A stretch of DNA of 64,000 nt from Amphiscolops sp. MND2022 (GCA_964187785.1 OZ076409.1:8868001-8932000); one strand, 5' to 3'. Shown: positions 47,111 through 61,461, counted from the stretch's first letter. The notes: a model not told the origin generated them from the sequence alone. Program-made: numbers and translations.

Positions 47111-49444
47111 AAGCATTTCCAAAATCCGGTTTGTTCAAACTTTGAAACAAGTGAAACAATTTCACAATCTTTATGACTAGCTAGCAAACAAAAGAAAGCT
47201 AGCAAAGAAATTGGTACTCAATTTTTTGGACCTATTCTGTATACAAATATAAATACAATACAACACCACTGGAATAACATCTAAAAACATTAAACCCATT
47301 TGAAAATCTGTGGAATGAGATGTAAAAGCACTGGAGAACTATAAAACTCTACAAAAAGACAGTCAACATAATCTCTTGTCAACGTCAAATCTCTTGTCAA
47401 CGTGATAAAGACCACATACTAAAAACACCTGAAAAGGTCCATAAAAACCTTGTAACTCTGTTTCCATTTGACTCGGATAAGATCCTGTATCACTGGAAGA
47501 GAGTAACTAAAACAACTGACAAAAAACCTAAAACCACTTGAAGGAAGGCAAAACCCTGGTACGACGACGATTTATTCCAACTGTTGTAAGCAGCTGGTCG
47601 AGTTAAATTTGAGGAGTTATCCACGTCAAAAGCATTTTCTTACGTGGTACTGTCTTGAACTGTTCCCCTAGAGTTTGATCCAAAAGAATCCGTATTCGAT
47701 CTTGATAAACTGTCTACTTAACAGGATAAGTTTTCATTTATTACCTTTAAGTTTTCCCACTAGCCCACATTCGTATAATTGAGCCGTTTGGAGACACGAC
47801 TTTCAACCTTGTTGGTTATCTCTTCGGAATCTCGCCCAGATAGTCCTGTAATTTTGTCTCCAGAGTGGTTTACTAACTTGACATCGTTGCCACTCACTAC
47901 TGGAGGATTCCTGGTTAAATTAATCCTTCGACACCTCTGTGGAATGATTTAGGGGAAGTAATGAGACGGCAATAGAAGAATTGCGATGTTGTTTTGAACG
48001 GTCGTTTTCGCAGCGTTTCTTAAATTTGGAAGTTGAATAGTTGAATAAAAAATCAAAAACACTGACGAAACTAATCAAAGGTAAAAGTATTGAGTTGTCC
48101 AAACGCGATAACTTTACAGAAATTTCACAGTCTCTCGTCAGGTATAAACACTGTACACTAGACGAGCCCAGAAAAATTTCACTGGTGTACTTAACACTTT
48201 CTTCAAATCGGCGTGCTTCCGAAGCAGGAAAATCCAAATGAGAAAAGCTTCCTTGTAACTGAGGGTTTCAGTTTCATCACATTTTAAAGAAAACTGGGAA
48301 TCAACCTCTTGACTGAATCCCAACTCTGCGTCTTTTCCTCTTCAGTTGCCGCCATTTCAAGACGCCGAACAGAATTCGGCCTTGACGTGCATTGACCTAG
48401 GTGACTGACGCGGGAAATAGTTTCAATCAAAAAATTAAAACAAATTCAACTGCTCTATCAGTTTTATGTTGAGTAAAACTATAACAGAATTGTGATTTAG
48501 CACTCATAATATATTAAACGATGACAAATTCCTATGGAAAAATGAGGAAAAAACTACAAAGAACAAAAGAACTTCCAGGTCAAATTTCCGGTGCCCAATT
48601 GCAGATAATGGTTTCTGCGACAATCTTCCGAGTATATGCTTCAATCAGACAGAACAGTGAAAAAACTGCAAATGGGCAAATAATACTAAAACAAGTAGTC
48701 TTTGGTTCAACCTAAAGAAACAGTATCCATTATCCTTCAACGCTTTAACCCTTTCTTATATATGGTCTCTGACAGTCCCAGTGTATTGTTGTATTCCTCG
48801 CAACGCAACTCTGTGAGGGTTGCGACACCGGAGATGTTGAATTCTTAAAGGAAATCAAATGGGCAATCAAAAATGGGTAATCCAAAATATTTTCCATCTT
48901 AGTAAGATTCAATGTGGGGATTTTTATACACCGTAAAACGATCTTTGTGAAACCCTTGCTATGGGGTCCAGGGTTGTCAAGATGAAGGAAGAACTTGGCA
49001 AGATCATGTCATCATGGCAGCTAAGATGCTAGTGAGAGGGTCAACTTGGGTTCGAATCGAAACGGAATATAATTCTAGGTTTTCATCGTCTCGATCACGT
49101 TATTTTAAAACTTCAGTTTCTCAAGTACCCAACTTGTGTAATCACCAATAATCCAATTGAACGCTGAAATTGACGTTAGTGTCAAGCTTATAACGTGACC
49201 GAAGTTGATTTGCATTAAAGGAAAAATGATAAGGAAAATATTAGTGCATGGACGTTTCAGAAAGAATTATATAAAATATTGATAAATTTGCATCGGAACA
49301 TACAAAAACTTGTAAAAAGTTCGAGCAGTTTCAACTAGTGTAAATTCACTAGGTGACTGAAAGCACAGCTGTCTAACTGAAAATAATCATAACTGAAAGC
49401 TTTTCAATCTACTTATTTCAAGGACGACGGGAAATGAATGACTG

Positions 49445-49800
49445 TTTTTAGTCGGCGCTTTTCGTAGAAAAACGCAGACTATAGTAGTGACTTTTTTAAG
49501 ACCAACGAAGTGACAGATTTTATAAGCTCTATAAGCTAACTTGAACTAACACTAAATGCCACAGTACTTCTACTGGCACTTGAGATAGAGGTTAATTAGG
49601 CTTTTTTGAGGTCGCCTTTTACCTTTTTCGGCACTGTGCGACTTACCGGGGACCAAAAAAATTGGAAAAAAAATCAGAAATTTTTCTTTCAATTTTTTCC
49701 TCATGCGGGTACTGTAGAAGAGAATACTTGATACTTTGAATTCCTTTTGCTATTTTTGATCCTTAGATATGGCGCCGACTTGGGCCGTTCCCGGCTTGTT
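49445..49800 (+). mobile_element. Helentron/DINE-1-like repeat copy (internally deleted)
   Basis: Both diagnostic termini present. Confidence 0.6.
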
Positions 49801-50148
49801 ATTGAATTTTAGCAAGTTTGTTAATAATCAGTTATTTCAGACAATAATCAGGTTGTTTTTGTATCAGAGAAGAAACCCGGAATAAAAAATTTCCAATTCC
49901 TTGTTCATAGTTTTCGAAGTGTAAAAAAACACGCTTTTATCCTGCCGTCTATTTGTTTCAGATGGGTTTTCCCAAAGTTCCCATCTTTCTCCAATTAGAT
50001 GACACAAATTATCACAAAAACATGCATTTTTCACGTTCTCAAAGGTTTCATTTCGAACGTTTTTTGAAAGAAAGTTCCAGTTTCAAATAAAACTCAGATT
50101 TGACTGAAAGTACTCAATGTTGAAGTTAAGATTCAAATATCCATTTAG

Positions 50149-50373
50149 CTTCTGCCGTGCCAATTGCCGAAAAAGTCAGAATATTTTCGGCTGAAGCAGA
50201 TGAGCCGAAGAAAGGACTTCCGATGACAGTGATTGAAGAAACGTTTGACGGCGATTTTCTCACTGGGATCGACAATTGTTATGTTTCAAAGTCAAGAACT
50301 GGAGGCTCAGCAAAATTCCGCATCAATTATGCGCAAGTTCAAACAGTCGCTCTGCTAGATCGCAACGAATCAA
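50149..50373 (+). CDS. Host gene exon: N-terminal half of a fucolectin (FTP)/F5-8C-like domain
   Basis: TTTAG|...ETFDGDFLTGIDNCYVS...VQTVALLDRNES|GTTAGT; 225 nt; phase 1-1. Confidence 0.65.
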
Positions 50374-51711
50374 GTTAGTACTCTATTCACTGACAATTAG
50401 ACCTGAAACAGCTAGTTCCTTGAAGGTTTAACATCATTCACAAGATCTGTCACTTTTGTAAGACTCTTGAATGGGGCACCTAAAAAATGCAACATATGAA
50501 CAGAAAAGACGACCTTCAACGGTAAATAGAGACCTTTTGCAAGATTCTTTCAATCGTTTGAAAGAAAATGCAATCAACGAAAAACGAACTAGTCTAATGT
50601 TGATTCGTGAAGCGAAATAATCAAAATGAAAGTTGCTTGAGCGCGTGGAAACGAGTTCTGACATATAATTGGAATGGCCTTGAACTGGAATGTGCTTTTT
50701 GGGTTTCCAAGAGCTCTATCAAGCCATCAACAAATATGGTACGACTACGTCGTAAATTACTTAAAATTCAGATGCGTTTCAAGGAATCCTCCCTCAGGAA
50801 ACAGGCGATATTAGTGTTTTTGAAAAAAGGCGTTTTTAGCTACGTTGTATTGTGTGATCATATATTCAGTATACTATTGGTGAAACAATCCTTTGCCATT
50901 TCAACTTTGCTCATAAACCCGAATAGATTATGAGCTCATCACAACTGTTTACTGACGTCTACGACTTCAGGAAGGTGTACCTCATGTAAGTTTGGGTATG
51001 TGGAAGATGAAAGTTTGGGTCAATCAAGACTTTCAATTTTGCTCACTTCATTGAAAGCGTAGTACTTCCAAGCTTAAAGTTTGTGGCGCCCATGCAATTG
51101 GAGAGATCATCAAACGCTTTAATGGGCCAAGACGAGACTCCATATGACCTGGAACCACTGGTTGATAGAACAAGGGCAGGACAAGTGCAGGAAACCAAAG
51201 TAAAAGGAGAAGATATCGGAGCAGATCATGTATCAAAAACGAACTCTGCAAACTGGTTCTGGTACTAGATAACCAGATAACACCACTCTGGTGTGCTTTA
51301 GCAGTAATTACCTAAGCCAGAAGCCTCGTTACGGAGGTGAGACACTGGCATGCAAAATGCTTCGGGATCGTTTGAAATCTTGCGAGACGCGGTTATTAGT
51401 CAATCTCGTCAGAAAGTTGGTCAAAGTTCGCCTGGCCAACTGAAAAGGTAGACGACTACTTTAAAAACCCGAAGCTGATGACAAGTTTTGGTGATTTTCA
51501 AGACCTTTTGAGTTGCCAAGTCATCCCTGAGCCCATTATGAGCTCAAGTTCAGCGATGACTGACATTCAGAGTCGAAATGCAGAGAATAAAGTAATGGTA
51601 CGCAAAAGTGACACTATCGAATTTTTCAAATAGTATGCAGTTTGTTACTGAGCATCAACAGAGCTTAAACTTCCATTTGAGAAAGAAGGAGAATTGAAGA
51701 ACTATTGTGGA

Positions 51712-52300
51712 TGTAAAGACTATGGTCCTCTGTGTCTCTTAGGTCACATTCCGACTTAGAGTCCTTCTTTGCAATTTTAGTTTTCAACCCAGTTGTTCTT
51801 TCTCTATTCTCCTGACTATTAGGGGACGAACTGGCCTCAGTCTCCCTATTTCATGATGAAGACATTGAACTGACAATGTTACGTATTTCCGGAATCACTC
51901 TATCAGATATGGCAGAGCTTATTGCTCTGTTAATCTGGGAGTGTATCATCGACATCATGAAATCCTTTTCTTGAGAACGTCTCAAGGTAACTTCATTTGT
52001 AAAAGTCTCTATCGATCCCAAAATTCCTTCATGTCTAGACACATTGTTTTCATAATTTTGGTTTCTGAATTCGTTTCCTAGAGAAAACCTTCCCTTGGAG
52101 GTAATTTAGACTCAGCGTCGTATTGAACAGATGATTCCGCAATTGCACTAGCTAGTTCTCTCTCAATTGGATTGATATTGTCACTTCCTACCATTATGTC
52201 TAGGTTATCAGTCAAACATCATGTCCATTTCTCTAGATCTCCTAACTTTTGCTTTTTTTTCTCCTCGTAGAAGGCATAAGAAATGGTAACAAGGGAAGAA
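51712..52300 (-). mobile_element. Solo-LTR fragment of a third family member carrying a decayed Gag N-terminus
   Basis: ATG at 52277: MPSTRRKK...DNLDIMVG...SQINRAISSAISDRVIPEIRN, ending ...CTTTACA at 51712. The 5' boundary is uncertain. Confidence 0.7.
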
Positions 52301-52583
52301 TCAATTTGAGTCTTTATCTTGTAAAACAAAATTGGTATCGGTTGTATAACTGAACAATGTATAGTTTCAACGAATTGTGTCGGGACCCAAGGTCGCGGGT
52401 ATTTATATATACATATTTGCATAGGACCGGTACCATAGCTTGCTATGGTGAGATTGTATCCGAAAGAGCGCCGACATAGAAAAGTAGAACTGCTTATTCG
52501 GTGTCCACCCCGCGGTAGTGGGAAAATTAATTTTCTTCTGTCGTCTTTTAAATTGATTTGTGGCATCTATTCTTTTTGTGTAG

Positions 52584-52802
52584 GTTTCCTTTCAAAAACT
52601 CTGACAGGAACAGTAATCGAAGTCTGCTTGAACTCCTATTCATGTTCTGTGTGTGGTGAAGTTCTCGGAGCCCAGAGAGGCCAGTGGGTTTTTGTCGCCT
52701 GTCGAAAGGAGACTCAAGCTATGATCGCCAATGAAGTTTCTGTACACAACGATAGAGTTTCGCTGGGATTCTGCGAAGTTGAAGTTTATGGAAAAGCGAA
52801 TC
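52584..52802 (+). CDS. Host gene exon: C-terminal half of the fucolectin (FTP)-like domain
   Basis: LTGTVIEV...CG...C...LGFCEVEVYG (hallmark LxxCEVEVYG); 219 nt; phase 1-1; GTTAGT donor. Confidence 0.75.
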
Positions 52803-55800
52803 GTTAGTTAAATTGGATTGTTTATTTTAACTGAAAATGCTTTCATCAGCAATAAATGCAGCGAGATTTTTGGAGATGAGTAAATTTGACAGTGAGATAC
52901 GGTAGTTTTTTACAAGCAGACAATTGTGAGACAATTTCAGCCAAATGCTAACACTCTGTTTGCTCTGAATTTGCAAAAATAGGCTGATACGTGAACGAAA
53001 CTCGTTTGTGATTGTTTTTTTTCGTGCTTTTCTTTGAAACAATTCTCGAGACCATTTTTATCGTCCCTCCAAGCCCCCGTGGGGAGAAATTAAATTTCAA
53101 ATACCTTTTTGTCGACATCGTTAGCGCAAATATCAAAATATTCGGGTCAAGAAAGTATTTTGTGTCGACATTATTTTTTCAATTTGCATCATTACAATGA
53201 TTGATAATTGAGAAAAGATTCAGAGAAAAAATGCTTGGAGAAAAGATGTTTTTCAACAATTTTTGAAATTTTCCACGTGTTAAAGAAGGATATTCCAGAC
53301 AAAATAACAAATAGACACGAGAGTTTTCTATTGAAAGTGCCAAAACAGGCGTAGAAAATATGTATAACTCACAGTAAATGTACTGTGAAACTTCCCATCA
53401 TCTAGAGAGCGTTATAAAAAATTGCAACTCTTTGGAAGGCCTGTTGAGCGCAATTTTTGTCTCAGCATACTTGACCTCTAAGATTACATGGTTTAAACTT
53501 TGTATCGAAAATTTGAAATACGTTCATGTTGGAAGCACTATTCGGTTACTACGTTTTTCATTTTGGTTCTAAAGTTTTTTGACTTGAAGTCTTTTCGGAA
53601 AACGTTTCCATGGATACAAACAACGCTCGCAAAAGAGCAAGAAAAATCACCCGGTCCACGATTCCTCGGCTAAGACTCTTCGACATAAATAATTTTTATG
53701 GAACACTTTTTTAACTCCACAAATGTTTCTAAAGTATTGTTGAGAGTTTAGATCTTCGCCCCTTTTAAAGTAGGATATGATGGGGTATGAGCTCTAAAGA
53801 AATTGTTAGCACCAGTAAAGATTGTTAACTGGTTGGTCAACAACCCTTATTGAGTTTAATTCTCGCTTCGAGACTTTCCACCAGATGATCTCATCAGGAA
53901 TCAGTTGAATTGTTCTCGGTCTATTCTTTTAGATTAAGCTCAACAGCAGGCTACAACACAGGAACAATTCAATATTTGCGATCAATCAGGATTCTGAATG
54001 CACTCATTCCAAAAGATTTTTCGCTTTAAAGGACTTCAATGCACCTCTGACTTGACTTTTGCATATATTTCAACTACATTCGAAAAGGTTTGTTTTCGAA
54101 AACGAAAAACGCTGGTTTTCCTGAAAACACTGATTTTCCAATAAAGTATCTTCTTAAACAAAACAAGTGGGTTCTTTACAGGTGTTGGAGTCAAAAGTTT
54201 TTTTTCGAAATCTTTCAATTAACTTTTTTCTTCTTCGAAAATGTGCCATACCTATTGACGCTCCAGGAAGCTTGAAAGAGCTTGAAAAAATTGATTTTTG
54301 TTCAATGCACTCTTGTACTTGTTCATTCACTTAAAAGTTCAAACTTGTATTTTTTAGTCTCAGGTAGTCTTGTGGTGAGGATGCGAGGCTCCCTTATCCA
54401 AAGACCGGGATCACAATTTTGGCGAATGCTGAATGTTCTAATTTTGGGGCGATGTGAAGTATTAGTGTGCCTAATGTTTTTTCGAAGTCTGTTGCGCGAC
54501 CATCATGAATTTTGTCTATTTCAGAAAGCAGGTTTTCTAGATGCATATTATTTTATAAAATGCAACATTGATCTCCGAAGTTGACACTTTTCGGCAACGA
54601 AGATGCATTCTTTCAAAACGTACTGTAAATACTGTGCTCTCCTAAACATGCGGGTATTCACAATTCATTACAACTCAAAGGCCTTTGTCTAACTGTATCG
54701 CATGGATTTTGGAGGGAAATTTTTCCCATCGAAACATTTTCCGTGTTGAAAGAGGTCACTGTTTTAATTGTCCAAAGGTTCGAAGAAGATAAAGCAATCA
54801 AAAACTACCAAAAGAGTTCACGATTTCAAATGTACAAGATAAAACAGCTTGGTGAACTCCGAATCCTTGATCCTGAAAGTTTATTGGGCAAATTTGTTCT
54901 GCTCCCTACCGAGAGACTAATTGATTTCTTCGCCAGCTTCGTAACAGAGAAATGTGAGCATAACTGGCGTAACTGGTTCCATATAAACAAAAACTGATAG
55001 ATTCAAGAAGATAATCAGCCCTAAAAATATTATTTTGTCTTCAACCTTTCTTCCTTCATTTGGAGAATGCCATTTTTTTTATTTAAGATGTTTTCCCTCT
55101 TCGTTAGTTCGATCTGCCTCAGACAATCCCCAAAACAATTTGACCTGTTTCATCACAATTACTTTCGTTAAATTCAGATCTTAGTACTTCTTACCATGTT
55201 CCTAAATCGCAATACAGCATCAGCGATAGCGGAGGTTTGCCTGATGGAATCTCCGAGCATCTTCGAACCAAAGAATTTTGCAAGATAGTTTCAATAAGGC
55301 AATAATCTTGAAAGTTGGCATAAATCTTGTAAGAATCGTGCGAGAAACCTAACGTATCAATGCACTGACTTGCAAGATCTTGCAAGAATGCCTGCAAGTT
55401 CTCGCAAGATGTGTATTTTTCCTAAACCAGGGGATAGATGATTTGCATGTAGTTTAATGTTTGCTAACTGTTTAATGTGACCCGTATTTAAAATAATAAC
55501 GCGTTTTTATTGGCTGATAATCGAACTAGCTTAACTTGTAGTTCGTTGCGGCATATGTATTGTAATGACGGGAGGCTATTCATTGAGTCGAAATTAAACA
55601 AAAGTATTCAGAGCGTCGAAATTAAAGTTAGCTATTGATCGCGTCGAAATAATCCATATCAGCGATGTTTTTCAGATTATTATTTGAAGAGGTTAGCATA
55701 TTTGTTGTATGGCTCGGTCGCTTCGCTCCCTTCGCCAAGTAGTAACATTGAGGCATGGCCACATGGCACGTCGCTCCGCTTCGCTTCGCTCCTGCATTTA

Positions 55801-56053
55801 GGGCACTAGTAGTATGTGAACATAGCTGAATACGTTATCGTAATTAGTTCGATGCTGTGTAGCACATAAATTCAACAATTTTAATTCTTTCCTATTCCAA
55901 TTTTCAACCAATCAGAAGCGTTCAATAATTATTTTTCGGCGCGATGAATACTTTTGTTTAATTTCGACGCTTTGAATATTCGACGCTTTGGGAATCCGCC
56001 GTAATGACGCTTAGTCAAAATTGTGTGATTCATTTCTGGTATTTGTTTCAAAG

Positions 56054-56179
56054 ATAACGAACTATGCTCTTCAAACGGGACTACCTGCTCAGAGCTTGCA
56101 ACTTGTAACAAACGCAGCGATTCAACATACCATTGTGTTTGCATCGATGGATTTGGAGGCGATGGCTATTCGTGCTCAG
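56054..56179 (+). CDS. Host gene exon: EGF-like domain
   Basis: CSSNGTTCSELATCNKRSDSTYHCVCIDGFGGDGYSC; 126 nt; phase 1-1. Confidence 0.85.
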
Positions 56180-56255
56180 GTTAAACCTTTAAGTACGAAA
56201 ATACAGTTCAATTTGAAGTCATGCAGTCGAATCCTGCAAAAGCTTGAGGTTGCTC

Positions 56256-59200
56256 TCATGTGCCTCAACTGAACTGCTAATGATTCATGAGGTGAAGAGA
56301 CCTGAAACCTGTCGAAAAACCGTGCATCTGTTGCTAAGTTGATCTGATTTACACTAGGTACCAAAAAACTAAAGACTCTTGATTTCAAATCTCAAACCGC
56401 AATAATATTGCACAATAGACACGAAAGCTTTTGAAGCTTTTGAAGCAAAGCGTTTCAAGTTTCCATCAGGATTACACGGGTGTTTTTAGTCGGCGCTTTT
56501 ATTAATAAAGGAGCCCGACTATTACAGTCACTCGTTTTTTAGTCGGCGCTTTTATTAATGAAAGTGCCCGATTATTACAGTCATTCGTTTTTTCTTCAAG
56601 ACAGACTCAAAGCGACGAAATTTTTGTTCATTTTGCTCAACTAAACAGATACCTCCGAAACCTCATCTTATACCTCGGAAACGCATCTAAGTTATTGCAA
56701 AGAGTCCCCCCGTTAATACTTCTTTTTCTGACGTTACATACAAAACCGGACGGGTCTAAAAGGCTCCCCTTTCAATTTTTTTTCGGCACTGATCGACTTT
56801 TTTTCGAAAATATTTTTTGTCTCCAAAGGGTGTTCCTTCAAGTTTTTTGATATTTTGCAGCAAACTGAAGTTCCAAGAAACCCAAAGGGTCTCCCCTTTT
56901 ACAATTTTAAAAACTTTGCACAGTTTGAGCCTTAGATATGGCGCCGACCTTAGACGTTCCCGTCTTGTTTGTTTTGCTCTCGCAGAAAAACGACAAAGTT
57001 CGTAGCTTACAAAAGTCTTTCAAAATTGATCATACAATGTCTCGAGAACCGCTGATCCTAAAAATAGTGTCTGGGAGTCTCGGATAAACTTTGATTCATA
57101 TATCTAGCTTTTAATTCAACACTTTTCCTGGAAACACCTATAACTGCTAAGTATAACTGCTGGGAAGAATAACTGCTTAATATGGAAGGTAAAGAACGGT
57201 GTCTCGGCTACAAAAATTGATGCCAAAACAAACAAGCCGAGAACGGCCGAAGTCGGCGCTTTATCTAAGACTCAAAATTGTAGAAGGGGGGACCAATTGG
57301 GCTTTTTGAAACTCCAGTTTGTTGCAAATAATGAAAAAAAATTGAAGGGGGACCCTCTGGAGACTAAAAAATTTCGAGAAAAAAATCAAAAATTGAGATT
57401 TTTCAACAGTGTCAGAGTGCCTAAAAATACACTAAATACAGCTGCTGATCATCAAAACGTGGATGACTTTTGCTTCTGAGACTTTCTTGTAAAACGAATG
57501 TATTAAAAGATTTCGACGGAAGTTTTTCTTTGTTTCGACGGAAGAACAGCAGTTTTAGGTTGTTCGTTTTTGAAGAAAGCATTTCCTCAAGCAAAAACAG
57601 TATGAATTAAAAGGTAAAGGACTGTGCTGTGTTCAGGTTACCATATTGGCATAGAGAGTCTTCTCGTTTGACCAGTAGTTTTTCAGGTATTACATAAAAA
57701 AGTTCGAAAAACTCCAAAACTTTTCAAAAGACAACGTGATATTCTTTATGTAATTTTCATTCTATTTCAGAACAAAAAATATTATTTCAATACTCAATCA
57801 AATATGAGAAATCAAAATCCCAGTTTTGTGAAGAATGCATGTCTAGAGAATTAATGCGCTCTCAAAGTTCTCGCTTGCGATATTAGCCGGCCTTTGCTTT
57901 ATGGTACCATAGTGAAAGTTCGAAAAACAAGTCTCTAATGAATAACAAAAATTGCTAATGACCAAGAGCAGTTTAGGGCGCATCTGCTTCGAAGTCCAGT
58001 TTTTTAATCAGATGTCAGGCCCCGCAAGGATTGGTTCAACAGATTTATACCATCATTTTTGATAAGTACTGAAACGAAACTTTTTTCGAATATTTGAGCA
58101 AATTCTCGTTTTATTTGTCTGAGAACTTTAGCCTTGAGCTAGAAGAGACAAATAATCACTCTATTCGTTCACTCAGAATTTTTTCTAAATTTTTTGTTCC
58201 GGCTCTTCACAGTTCGTTTTCGAATTGCTAATTTTTGACTCGTCAATTAAAGTATAATGTTCATGTGCCTCAACTGAACTGCTAATGATTCATGAGGTGT
58301 AGAGACCTGAAACCTGTCGAAAAACCGTGCATCTGTTGCTAAGTTGATCTGATTTACACTAGGTACCAAAAAACTAAAGACTCTTGATTTCAAATCTCAA
58401 ACCGCAATAATATTGCACAATAGACACGAAAGCTTTTGAAGCTTTTGAAGCAAAGCGTTTCAAGTTTCCATCAGGATTACACGGGTGTTTTTAGTCGGCG
58501 CTTTTATTAATAAAGGAGCCCGACTATTACAGTCACTCGTTTTTTAGTCGGCGCTTTTATTAATGAAAGTGCCCGATTATTACAGTCATTCGTTTTTTCT
58601 TCAAGACAGACTCAAAGCGACGAAATTTTTGTTCATTTTGTTCAACTAAACAGATACCTCCGAAACCTCATCTTATACCTCGGAAACGCATCTAAGTTAT
58701 TGCAAAGAGTCCCCCCGTTAATACTTCTTTTTCTGACGTTACATACAAAACCGGACGGGTCTAAAAGGCTCCCCTTTCAATTTTTTTTCGGCACTGATCG
58801 ACTTTTTTTCGAAAATATTTTTTGTCTCCAAAGGGTGTTCCTTCAAGTTTTTTGATATTTTGCAGCAAACTGAAGTTCCAAGAAACCCAAAGGGTCTCCC
58901 CTTTTACAATTTTAAAAACTTTGCACAGTTTGAGCCTTAGATATGGCGCCGACCTTAGACGTTCCCGTCTTGTTTGTTTTGCTCTCGCAGAAAAACGACA
59001 AAGTTCGTAGCTTACAAAAGTCTTTCAAAATTGATCATACAATGTCTCGAGAACCGCTGATCCTAAAAATAGTGTCTGGGAGTCTCGGATAAACTTTGAT
59101 TCATATATCTAGCTTTTAATTCAACACTTTTCCTGGAAACACCTATAACTGCTAAGTATAACTGCTGGGAAGAATAACTGCTTAATATGGAAGGTAAAGA

Positions 59201-60264
59201 ACGGTGTCTCGGCTACAAAAATTGATGCCAAAACAAACAAGCCGAGAACGGCCGAAGTCGGCGCTTTATCTAAGACTCAAAATTGTAGAAGGGGGGACCA
59301 ATTGGGCTTTTTGAAACTCCAGTTTGTTGCAAATAATGAAAAAAAATTGAAGGGGGACCCTCTGGAGACTAAAAAATTTCGAGAAAAAAATCAAAAATTG
59401 AGATTTTTCAACAGTGTCAGAGTGCCTAAAAATACACTAAATACACCTGCTGATCATCAAAACGTGGATGACTTTTGCTTCTGAGACTTTCTTGTAAAAC
59501 GAATGTATTAAAAGATTTCGACGGAAGTTTTTCTTTGTTTCGACGGAAGAACAGCAGTTTTAGGTTGTTCGTTTTTGAAGAAAGCATTTCCTCAAGCAAA
59601 AACAGTATGAATTAAAAGGTAAAGGACTGTGCTGTGTTCAGGTTACCATATTGGCATAGAGAGTCTTCTCGTTTGACCAGTAGTTTTTCAGGTATTACAT
59701 AAAAAAGTTCGAAAAACTCCAAAACTTTTCAAAAGACAACGTGATATTCTTTATGTAATTTTCATTCTATTTCAGAACAAAAAATATTATTTCAATACTC
59801 AATCAAATATGAGAAATCAAAATCCCAGTTTTGTGAAGAATGCATGTCTAGAGAATTAATGCGCTCTCAAAGTTCTCGCTTGCGATATTAGCCGGCCTTA
59901 GCTTTATGGTACCATAGTGAAAGTTCGAAAAACAAGTCTCTAATGAATAACAAAAATTGCTAATGACCAAGAGCAGTTTAGGGCGCATCTGCTTCGAAGT
60001 CCAGTTTTTTAATCAGATGTCAGGCCCCGCAAGGATTGGTTCAACAGATTTATACCATCATTTTTGATAAGTACTGAAACGAAACTTTTTTCGAATATTT
60101 GAGCAAATTCTCGTTTTATTTGTCTGAGAACTTTAGCCTTGAGCTAGAAGAGACAAATAATCACTCTATTCGTTCACTCAGAATTTTTTCTAAATTTTTT
60201 GTTCCGGCTCTTCACAGTTCGTTTTCGAATTGCTAATTTTTGACTCGTCAATTAAAGTATAATG
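56256..60264. repeat. Near-identical tandem duplication of a 2,005-bp intronic unit (56256-58260, 58261-60264), each with two Helentron-like repeat copies (56483-56969 +, 57231-~57420 -; 58488-58974 +, 59236-~59425 -)
   Basis: Identical ORFs 2,005 bp apart; only a handful of substitutions. Confidence 0.93.
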
Positions 60265-60391
60265 ATACGACTTTAAAGTAAGGTAACCTAGACCACAATT
60301 CCTCAAAAAATATATTTCTAATCTCTGTTGTAGGCCATCAATCGCAAAAAAAAACAAAAAATGTTTCATTTTCGACATTTTGGGTTTGCAG

Positions 60392-60655
60392 ACATTGATG
60401 AATGTAGCAGTGCCACTGGAGGACACAGCTGCGATGCAACGACTGAGAACTGCTTTAACGTTGTAGGCTCGTTTGAATGCGAATGTCGTGAAGGTTACAC
60501 TCGACTAGCCAATGAAAATGATCTGGAATGTTCAAATATCAACGAATGTGAGCAACAACACATTTGCCAAGACGACGCAACTTGCGTGGATTCTCAAGGA
60601 TCATACAGCTGCATATGCAACGTTGGGTTTGTTGCTATGGGAGACGTCTGCGAAG
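60392..60655 (+). CDS. Host gene exon: two calcium-binding EGF domains
   Basis: DIDECSS...CFNVVGSFECECREGY and NINECEQ...CVDSQGSYSCICNVGF; 264 nt; phase 1-1. Confidence 0.92.
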
Positions 60656-61212
60656 GTACATATTCAAACCAGAGCCGCATGTGCGGTAAAGGAGTCGGAA
60701 ACGGATTGAAAAATTGAAAAAAAAATCACCTACTTTTTTGTCATTTGGTCATTTTTGGCTTTGTTTCTCAGATTCTAGACGTACGATTTTGATGTGATTG
60801 CGCACACAGAAGCACCTTTGGATTTAAAATGACTAGGCTAAGTTTCATAAAAAATCGTATGGACAGTTGAGAAATTTGAAATTTTCATTGAACGGTCGGG
60901 AGAAAAAAGGTACGATTAATTAAGTAGTCAATTTTTCCGATTCCTAAAAACTGATTTTTAATTCCTAAAAATTGATAATAACAGAAAGTATTCAGAAACG
61001 GTGAACTATATTAACACAAATCACTTAAAGAAGAAACCAAATATCAATTTGTTTTTCCTTTTTCATATGATTTGTAATAATGATGTTCATCTTTAAAAAT
61101 ATTAAGGAATTAAAACTTGGACATTCACAACAGAACAAACTAAATCTTCAGTGGGTTTGTGTTTTTTCCTAGACTCTTTTTCCTCGACTCCTAGTTTCGA
61201 CATTTTTTCCAG

Positions 61213-61461
61213 ATCTTGACGAATGCCAAACGGATGCTTGTGATAAGACTAATGAGAAATGTCTGAACACAGTTGGATCTTTCGAGTGCCACTGTGCCGC
61301 AGGGTTCAGACGAAACTCCGCCCAGAGTAGGTGCACTGATGTAGACGAGTGTTCTTTGGGAACTTTCTGTCTGGGCAGCCATGAACGATGTGTTGATACC
61401 GAAGGAAGTTACTATTGCAGTTGCGTCACTGGGTTCAAGTTTAGTAATGGAGCTTGCAGAG
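61213..61461 (+). CDS. Host gene exon: two calcium-binding EGF domains
   Basis: DLDECQ...CLNTVGSFECHCAAGF and DVDECS...CVDTEGSYYCSCVTGF; 249 nt; phase 1-1. Confidence 0.92.

Noticed and set aside
50420..55190. Possible BEL/Pao relics on the minus strand in the introns around exon 52584-52802
   Set aside because: Only faint peptide hints (YPNLHEVHLPEV, DPGLWIREPRIL); too decayed to support without a profile search.
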